Below are positions 57,941-64,000 of a DNA stretch of 64,000 nt, one piece after another (the first letter of the stretch is position 1; each line of letters starts with the position of its first letter). The stretch comes from Cyanobacteria bacterium OH_CDB_20. GTDB taxonomy: Bacteria > Cyanobacteriota > Vampirovibrionia > Gastranaerophilales > Gastranaerophilaceae. The DNA is taken from contig JAEZIX010000062.1 of the NCBI GenBank assembly GCA_023415935.1, positions 15,105 through 79,104 on the forward strand. Reading direction: 5' to 3'. The notes below the pieces were generated by a model, which saw only the letters and a program-made list of their open reading frames with translations, ran no database searches and was not told the DNA's origin. The translations under genes and the position numbers were made by a program.

Positions 57941-58560
57941 TGCAAAAAGGTCTATTCATTACATTCGAAGGCGCAGACGGCTGCGGCAAAACCACACAAT
58001 TAAATAAAATTGCAGATCTTCTAAGAGAAAAAGGCTATGATATTGTTGTTACAAGAGAACCGGGTTCACTTGAAGTTGGCAAAAAAATAAGAGACATTGT
58101 CTTGCACCACACAGGAGTCGTTTCAGATAACTGCGAAATGTTCCTTTACCTTGCTGACAGATCTCAACATGTTGATACATTTATAAAACCTGCAATAGCA
58201 GAAGGCAAAATAGTCTTATGCGACAGGCACACAGACTCAACACTTGCGTACCAAGGATATGGAAGAGGAAGAGATATAGAACTTACTGAGAAATTAAATA
58301 AAATTGCAGTAAGCGGACTTGAGCCTGATATGACAATACTTTTTGATGTTGATACAGAAGTTGCCCAACAACGTGTTGGCTCAGAAAAAGACAGACTTGA
58401 AGCTGAAGGCGCTGAGTTCCATAAAAAAGTAAGAAACGGCTATCTTGAGCTAGCTAAAAAATACCCGAATAGAATTAAAGTTGTAAATGCAAATAATTCA
58501 ATAGAAAAAGTTTACAATGATGCAAAAAATATTATAATTGATATGATAAACAAGAGATAA
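57940..58560 (+). CDS. tmk: thymidylate kinase
   Basis: FITFEGADGCGKTTQ P-loop and DRHTDSTLAYQG. Confidence 0.93.
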   Translation: MQKGLFITFEGADGCGKTTQLNKIADLLREKGYDIVVTREPGSLEVGKKIRDIVLHHTGVVSDNCEMFLYLADRSQHVDTFIKPAIAEGKIVLCDRHTDSTLAYQGYGRGRDIELTEKLNKIAVSGLEPDMTILFDVDTEVAQQRVGSEKDRLEAEGAEFHKKVRNGYLELAKKYPNRIKVVNANNSIEKVYNDAKNIIIDMINKR

Positions 58561-58574
58561 ATGAGGACCTATCG

Positions 58575-58910
58575 ATGCAAGAATTTAGACGCTGGTATGA
58601 CCAAGATCCCCTTCTTAAAGAAGCATTAGAGCTTCTACAGCTTCAAACAGACAATGATAAAACAAATGCAGCAAACTTTATAATAAACTTACAAGAACAA
58701 GTTGCACAAGATGTTATTGAAAGCGTCTACAATATGGTTACTCAATATGCAGGCAAAGGTAATCGCTGGTACGATAACGATCCTGTTATGCTTAAAGCGG
58801 TTGAACTCCTAAGAGTTGCTACGCCTGAAACACAAAGAAAGGCTGCACTAAAACTCTTAACAGCACTAAATAACAACGCACTGGACAAACTGGACATTGA
58901 TGAAGAATAA
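58575..58910 (+). CDS. hypothetical protein with two RWYDxD repeats
   Basis: GAGGA RBS present. The repeats RRWYDQDPLLKEALELL and NRWYDNDPVMLKAVELL are shared with 33046..33525. Confidence 0.55.
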   Translation: MQEFRRWYDQDPLLKEALELLQLQTDNDKTNAANFIINLQEQVAQDVIESVYNMVTQYAGKGNRWYDNDPVMLKAVELLRVATPETQRKAALKLLTALNNNALDKLDIDEE

Positions 58911-59700
58911 AGAATTAAAAGATATACAAAACCAAAACGACAAGAGAGGCATAGATATTCAAAAGGTGGGAGTCAACCAGATTGATGTCCCTCTTATTAT
59001 TCAGAGGAAAAATGCCGATAATCAGGTAGTTTCAGCAACTGCCCAAATGAGTGTTGCCCTTCCAAAAAACTTTAGGGGCACTCACATGTCACGTTTTATG
59101 GAAGTTTTGAAAGAATACCAAAAACGAGAGCTTTTAGGTATCGATATTAAAGGAATATTGAAAGAAATTCAAAAAAAACTAAGCGCACAAAGCGCTCATG
59201 TAAAATTCAATTTCAAATATTTCATTGAAAAGAAAGCACCGGTAAGTCATTCGACTTTTCCAATGTGCTACGAATGCTCTTTTGAAGGCAACTTAAACAA
59301 AGATGATTATGAATTTATCCTTGGCGTAAAAGTTCCTGTGACAACGCTTTGCCCTTGTTCTAAAGAGATATCTGATTTTTCAGCTCACAACCAAAGAGCA
59401 ATAGTCAAAGCCAGAATAAAATATGATGAATCAGAACACATCTGGCTTGAGGATTTAATCGAAGACATAGAAAATTGCGGTTCGTGCCAGCTATACTCAC
59501 TTTTAAAAAGAAGTGATGAAAAATATGTTACTGAAAAGGCCTACGAAAATCCAAAATTTGTCGAAGATGTCTTAAGAGATGTTGTTTTATTATTCAGAAA
59601 CAACGACAAAATATCTGAGTTTGAAGTTGAAATTTTAGCTCAAGAAAGCATTCATAACCACAATGCATGGGCTTATCAAAAAGAATCAAAAAATAGTTGA
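58897..59700 (+). CDS. folE2: GTP cyclohydrolase FolE2 (type IB)
   Basis: DIQKVGV...ALPKNFRGTHMSRFMEVL and TLCPCSKEIS motifs. Confidence 0.85.
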   Translation: MMKNKELKDIQNQNDKRGIDIQKVGVNQIDVPLIIQRKNADNQVVSATAQMSVALPKNFRGTHMSRFMEVLKEYQKRELLGIDIKGILKEIQKKLSAQSAHVKFNFKYFIEKKAPVSHSTFPMCYECSFEGNLNKDDYEFILGVKVPVTTLCPCSKEISDFSAHNQRAIVKARIKYDESEHIWLEDLIEDIENCGSCQLYSLLKRSDEKYVTEKAYENPKFVEDVLRDVVLLFRNNDKISEFEVEILAQESIHNHNAWAYQKESKNS

Positions 59701-59712
59701 GGAGATATAAAG

Positions 59713-60954
59713 ATGAAAGAGTTATTTAACGATTATGTTCAATCGCTTGAAACTTATATAATGTTTCAAATAAATCAAGAAGCACAAAGACTTACGCCAA
59801 TGTTAAAAGAAAAAGGAAGAGCACCAATCGCACTTTCTATGGGCGCTCCTGTTCAAGCACCACCTAAGTTTGTTATTGATAAACTTAAAGAAGCACTTGA
59901 TATAAAAGGAATCCACACATATTCTTCACCAAAAGGCGAAGCATTCTACCTTGAAGCAATTGCAAAGAGAATGAAGTCAAGATTTGGAGTTGATTTAGAC
60001 CCTAAAACAGAAATATTCTCTCTAATAGGATCTAAAGAAGGTATCGCAAATATGATAAGAGAGCTTATCAACCCTACTCCAAAAATGGAAGATAGAGATA
60101 TTATTATGGTTCCAGACCCTGGGTATGCTTCTTATTTTGAAATGATAAAAGTTTCAGGTGGAAGAGGATATTCTATTCCTTTAACAGCTGAAAATAATTA
60201 TATGCCAAACTTTGATGAAATTTGGGAAAATATGGAATCAGAAGGCTATGATAGAACAAAAGTAAAAGCTTTAGTTATAAATTATCCTAACAATCCGTTA
60301 GGTGCAATCGCCAACAAAGAATACTATAAACATGTTGTTGAATTCTGTAAAAAGCACAATATATTACTTATGAGTGACGCAGCATACGCTGATATGGCTT
60401 TCCCTGGTGAAGAGCCTGCTCCTAGTATTCTTGAAATTGAAGGAGCAAAAGATATAGCAGTTGAATTCTTCAGCTTCTCAAAACCATACGCAATGACAGG
60501 CTGGCGTTTAGGCTGGGTTTGCGGAAATGCCGACGTAATAAACATATTTGGAAAATTAAAATCAACAATCGATACAGGAATTTTTAAAGCTCTTCAAAAA
60601 GCAGCGTCTGAAGTAATAAACTCTAAAGAAGGCGACGAATACATTGAAGAAGCTGTTAAAGGATTTAAAGTAAAACAACAAATTTTAGTTGAAGGACTAA
60701 AAGAACTTGGCTGGGATATGGATAATTTAAACATACCTCAAGCAACATTCTACTTGTGGCTTCCTGTTCCTCCAAGATACAAGACATCAAAAGAATTTAC
60801 AGATGAGTTAATGCAAAAATCAGGCATTGTGCTTGTACCTGGCAGCGGTTTTGGCAAATACGGAGAAGGCTACTTCAGAATATCTGTTGTTGCAACTGAT
60901 GATGAGCTAAGAGAAGTCATCAGAAGAATGAAAGAAGATGGATTTACTTACTAA
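59713..60954 (+). CDS. PLP-dependent aminotransferase class I/II (AspC/DapL-like)
   Basis: SFSKPYAMTGWRLGW PLP-lysine region and NYPNNPLG motif. Substrate cannot be assigned. Confidence 0.75.
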   Translation: MKELFNDYVQSLETYIMFQINQEAQRLTPMLKEKGRAPIALSMGAPVQAPPKFVIDKLKEALDIKGIHTYSSPKGEAFYLEAIAKRMKSRFGVDLDPKTEIFSLIGSKEGIANMIRELINPTPKMEDRDIIMVPDPGYASYFEMIKVSGGRGYSIPLTAENNYMPNFDEIWENMESEGYDRTKVKALVINYPNNPLGAIANKEYYKHVVEFCKKHNILLMSDAAYADMAFPGEEPAPSILEIEGAKDIAVEFFSFSKPYAMTGWRLGWVCGNADVINIFGKLKSTIDTGIFKALQKAASEVINSKEGDEYIEEAVKGFKVKQQILVEGLKELGWDMDNLNIPQATFYLWLPVPPRYKTSKEFTDELMQKSGIVLVPGSGFGKYGEGYFRISVVATDDELREVIRRMKEDGFTY

Positions 60955-61541
60955 TGAAAGTTGTAATCATAGACTATGGCGCAGGAAACTTAAAAAGCAT
61001 TACTAACATGCTCAGTTTCCTTGCCGTAGATTATGAGATTTCTTCTGATCCTGATGTAATTTTGGCAGCAGATAAGCTCATTTTCCCAGGCCAAGGCCAC
61101 TTTAAACAATCAATGGATGCCTTAAATAGCAAAAAACTTGCTCCTGTTATAAAAAAAACAGTTGAACAAGGAACAGACTTTTTGGGAATTTGTCTTGGGC
61201 TTCAGATACTTTTTGAAAAAAGTGAAGAAGCGCCTGGTGTTGATGGACTTGGCATAATAAAAGGTGAAGTTAAGAAATTTACCAAAGGAAAAATTCCACA
61301 AATCGGTTGGAACAAAATTTCTACAACAAAAAATAACTCTTACCTACAAGATGATTTCTTCTATTTTGTAAACTCTTACTACGTAAAACCTTATGATGAA
61401 AGTATTGTAAGCGCATATTGCGACTACAATATAAAATTCTGCGCATCCATCCAAAAAGATAATTTAACAGCAGTGCAATTTCACCCTGAAAAAAGCTCAG
61501 AAGCTGGACTTATATTCTTCAAAAAATGGATTTTTAACTAA
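60954..61541 (+). CDS. hisH: imidazole glycerol phosphate synthase glutamine amidotransferase subunit HisH
   Basis: GICLGLQ catalytic Cys and a VQFHPEKS His-Glu region. Confidence 0.92.
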   Translation: MKVVIIDYGAGNLKSITNMLSFLAVDYEISSDPDVILAADKLIFPGQGHFKQSMDALNSKKLAPVIKKTVEQGTDFLGICLGLQILFEKSEEAPGVDGLGIIKGEVKKFTKGKIPQIGWNKISTTKNNSYLQDDFFYFVNSYYVKPYDESIVSAYCDYNIKFCASIQKDNLTAVQFHPEKSSEAGLIFFKKWIFN

Positions 61542-61999
61542 GCATTTTGCTTTTTAAAAGAATCTAAAGAATCCAGTTTTGCAAGAGAATACAACAAGCG
61601 AGCATTATTTGCATAAAACTTATCGTTTTTTGAATTCTTTGCTGATTGAGTTCTATTTTTAGAAAAAGAATCAATATTTTTATAATTAATTATCTTATTA
61701 TCCAAGATAATTTCTCCTGCTAAATAATACGTTATGATGTCTTCTTACTTATAAGAAAAATTTTGTCACACATAAATTGAGTAAATTTGTAAAACTGTAA
61801 AAATTTGTAACAATTTTAAAAAGAATAATATCCTAAAGCTCAAGAAATGACTTTATGTTTCCGATAATTAAACAGTAGGATACAAAGGGATATAAAAGAA
61901 CCAAAAACATTACAAAATTTTTACAAGGAAGATATTTTAGGCAATTATTAGTGCCAGAATGTTTTTATTAATATGGTTCTTTATACCAAGGAGTAAATC

Positions 62000-62272
62000 T
62001 TGTCAGTAAATGCAATAATACCAACGTACAAAAAATTTCTAAGTTTTTTGAACTACTCAAGAACATACCTAATAAGAAATAATCCTTTAAAGAACGTGGC
62101 AAATGAGTTTGTCAAAAACATCAAGGACTTTTTAACAATGAACAAAAAGCTCAAGATGGCAAAATACAGAGTGAACTACCAAAAGTACAAACTGGCACAA
62201 TTTGAAAAACTCATTGCACAAAACAACGAACACTTTTTCATAAGAGGAAGAACTCTTAACGAAACAAGATAA
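62000..62272 (+). CDS. hypothetical protein (90 aa)
   Basis: TTG start 6 nt after an AAGGAG RBS. First gene of a two-gene unit ended by a terminator. Confidence 0.5.
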   Translation: MSVNAIIPTYKKFLSFLNYSRTYLIRNNPLKNVANEFVKNIKDFLTMNKKLKMAKYRVNYQKYKLAQFEKLIAQNNEHFFIRGRTLNETR

Positions 62273-62284
62273 GGAAACGCCCCA

Positions 62285-62614
62285 ATGGGACTAGCATCAA
62301 CAGTATTTAGAGAAATGTATCTTACCGCCTACAGGTATGAACTGCAACGCAAAATTCAGTCCATAACTGAGGCTAAACTCGCATTAACTAGCTCTGTTAC
62401 AAACTTAGTCGCACTTGGAAGCGATATGGACCCAGAATCAGCAGAAGCAAAACAACTTTCTGCAAGAAAAGCAAAACTTGAATTAATGGAACAAAAACTC
62501 GATATGCAGCTTAAACAATATAACACTCAAATGGAAGCTGTCAGCACAGAACTTGAATCTGTTGAAAATGTTAAGAAAGACGAAATTAAACGTTCATTCT
62601 CATACGGTCAGTAA
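62285..62614 (+). CDS. hypothetical coiled-coil protein; short paralogue of 8676..9209
   Basis: N- and C-terminal segments are collinear with the 177-aa protein. A terminator follows. Confidence 0.6.
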   Translation: MGLASTVFREMYLTAYRYELQRKIQSITEAKLALTSSVTNLVALGSDMDPESAEAKQLSARKAKLELMEQKLDMQLKQYNTQMEAVSTELESVENVKKDEIKRSFSYGQ

Positions 62615-62639
62615 ATAAATTTGATTTAAAATAAAAAAA

Positions 62640-62667
62640 AGAGTAATGGTTTCATTGCTCTTTTTTG
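62640..62667 (+). terminator. rho-independent terminator
   Basis: AGAGTAATG (62640-62648) pairs with CATTGCTCT (62653-62661) with one G-U pair, followed by TTTTTTG. Confidence 0.7.
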
Positions 62668-62713
62668 TGTCTATTAATTTGACAAAATATTTGTAGTTAA
62701 TAAAATAATAAGA

Positions 62714-63217
62714 ATGAAGATAGACATAACACAACTGGACGATAGTTACGAACAACAGAATAAAATAAATTTTTCTGAAATTATAGAAGAATTCAACGCA
62801 AAAGTACCGGTTACAGCCGAGCTTACAATTGATATTATTGATTCAAACTATATTAATATTTCGGGAAACATCAAAGCAAAAGTTGTACTAACCTGCGATT
62901 ATTGTCTGGAAAAATTTGAAAAAGATATAGACATAGATATTGACGAAACCTTCGCCAAAAATTCTCTTTATGATGAATATAAAGATGAAATTGAACTAAA
63001 AGAAGGCTCTTTTGTCGAAGATTTAAACGGAGAAAATGAAATAGACATAACAGATTTAATTTATCAATCCGTAATATTAAATATACCAAATAAACTTGTT
63101 TGTGGTATAAATTGTATAGGAGAGAAAAATCTTGATAAATATGTCAAAAAAGAAATCTCAGACCCAAGATTAGATGTATTTAAATCAATTAAAATAGAAA
63201 AAGAAAAGGACAATTAA
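62714..63217 (+). CDS. yceD: YceD/DUF177 family protein (23S rRNA accumulation protein)
   Basis: CDYCLEKF...DE pattern and an acidic composition. Lies directly upstream of rpmF, as in many bacteria. Confidence 0.8.
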   Translation: MKIDITQLDDSYEQQNKINFSEIIEEFNAKVPVTAELTIDIIDSNYINISGNIKAKVVLTCDYCLEKFEKDIDIDIDETFAKNSLYDEYKDEIELKEGSFVEDLNGENEIDITDLIYQSVILNIPNKLVCGINCIGEKNLDKYVKKEISDPRLDVFKSIKIEKEKDN

Positions 63218-63219
63218 TT

Positions 63220-63552
63220 ATGGCAGTACCAAAGAAAAGAGTAGGGCATTCGGCTCAAGGACATAGAAGATCTAATTGGAAAGCAACTGTTCCTGAAACT
63301 ACAACTTGCAAAAATTGTGGCGAATTAGTTTTAACTCACACAGTTTGTACAGCTTGTGGCTATTATAAAGGTAAACCTGTAAGCATTAAAGCTGAAGGTG
63401 CAGTTCAAGTAGTCGAAGAACCAAAAGAAGAACTAAAACCTAAAAAAGCAAAAAAAGCGAAAAAAGCTGAAGAAGTAGTTGAAACAAAAACTGAAGCATC
63501 TGCTGAAAAAGTAGAAGAAGTTTCAGAAGAAAAACCCACTTCAGAAGAATAA
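63220..63552 (+). CDS. rpmF: 50S ribosomal protein L32 with an approximately 50-aa K/E/A-rich C-terminal extension
   Basis: MAVPKKRVGHSAQGHRRSNWK and a C..C...C..C zinc ribbon, followed by a charged tail. Confidence 0.9.
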   Translation: MAVPKKRVGHSAQGHRRSNWKATVPETTTCKNCGELVLTHTVCTACGYYKGKPVSIKAEGAVQVVEEPKEELKPKKAKKAKKAEEVVETKTEASAEKVEEVSEEKPTSEE

Positions 63553-63563
63553 TAATGGTTAAA

Positions 63564-63601
63564 GCTCTGAAGTTCCAAAAGTGGAATTTCAGAGCATTTT
63601 T
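63564..63601 (+). terminator. hairpin plus T-run between rpmF and plsX (terminator/attenuator)
   Basis: GCTCTGAA (63564-63571) pairs with TTCAGAGC (63588-63595). There is an inner TTCCA/TGGAA stem, then ATTTTT. Confidence 0.55.
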
Positions 63602-63640
63602 AGGTTAAAGTATATAAATAATAGGGAAGAGTGAGTTAAG

Positions 63641-64000
63641 ATGACAAGAATAGCTATTGACGCAATGGGTGGGGACTTTGCACCTGAACAAATAGTTGAA
63701 GGCGCTGTCTGGGGTGCTTGGGATTACAATGTACCAATCGAGTTAGTTGGAAAACAAGACAAAATTGAACGTGAATTAGACAGAATTGATCAAGAAGGCA
63801 TCATCTATAAAGGTGGCGGATTATCAAAACCTAGAAGAATCAAAGTTGACATTAAAAAACTCGATATTAAAATAACTCACGCAACCGAAGTAATTGAAAT
63901 GGGCGAAGCTCCGGGACAAGCAATCAGAAGAAAGAAAAACTCTTCAATAGTACTTGCTGTAAAATCTGTAGCAAATGGAACATCAGATGCTGTAGTTGCT
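63641..64000 (+). CDS. plsX: phosphate acyltransferase PlsX, N-terminal part (3' end outside window)
   Basis: ATG at 63641 after a GGGAAGAG RBS. MTRIAIDAMGGDFAP signature is present. The frame is open to the window end, so it is absent from the ORF track. Confidence 0.85.
   Translation, partial: MTRIAIDAMGGDFAPEQIVEGAVWGAWDYNVPIELVGKQDKIERELDRIDQEGIIYKGGGLSKPRRIKVDIKKLDIKITHATEVIEMGEAPGQAIRRKKNSSIVLAVKSVANGTSDAVVA

Noticed and set aside
61834-61867. Full sigma-28 promoter TAAA ... TCCGATAA upstream of the 62000 operon
   Set aside because: The TAAA and the -10 octamer are 22 nt apart, against a consensus of 15-16. Only the -10 core is credible, so it is reported as a weak element inside a finding rather than as a promoter feature.
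1-64000. Search for mobile elements, prophage, toxin-antitoxin or defence islands, tRNA/rRNA genes and CRISPR arrays
   Set aside because: No transposase, integrase, recombinase, restriction or Cas-like ORF was seen, nor any GC-rich tRNA-like segment or regularly spaced repeat array. The window looks like core chromosome. Formal tRNAscan, Infernal and PADLOC/DefenseFinder runs would be needed to confirm.

Overview
This is an AT-rich bacterial chromosomal window of roughly 60 tightly packed CDS. I found no rRNA, tRNA, CRISPR array, transposase or integrase by eye. Most genes are housekeeping. They cover translation (leuS, pheS, serS, infB-rbfA-truB, def-fmt, rpmF), amino-acid and one-carbon metabolism (aroF fragment, aroH, hisF, hisH, glyA, folD, folE2), queuosine precursor genes (queC, queE), envelope genes (GT9, GT4, SpoIID, SPOR, GerMN, GH13) and ccdA/thioredoxin. 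The one coherent functional island is an 11-gene flagellar basal-body/export operon on the minus strand, running from 32.9 kb to 22.8 kb: flgF-like, flgG, flgB, flgC, SLT, fliE, fliF, a fliG-slot gene, fliH, flhA, fliI. The gene content (Ski2/HelY-like helicase, PBS-lyase-type HEAT repeats, SpoIID, flagella, low GC) would fit an uncultivated cyanobacteria-related or similar lineage, but taxonomy cannot be settled from this window. I found no textbook defence or mobile system. The candidates for something undescribed are listed here. (1) The gene in the fliG position has only a FliG-N-like segment. (2) Small coiled-coil paralogues occur at 8.7 kb and 62.3 kb; sigma-28-like promoter elements lie upstream of the 62.0-62.6 kb operon and, separately, upstream of a 56-aa ORF at 7.1 kb. 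(3) A two-member protein family is built from RWYDxD repeats. (4) Intact PurD-like and PurN-like ORFs have lost the canonical catalytic motifs. (5) A MetE/URO-D-like gene is paired with a CooC-like ATPase gene. (6) Two orphan radical-SAM genes sit in unusual contexts. All homology calls are by-eye motif recognition, with no searches run.
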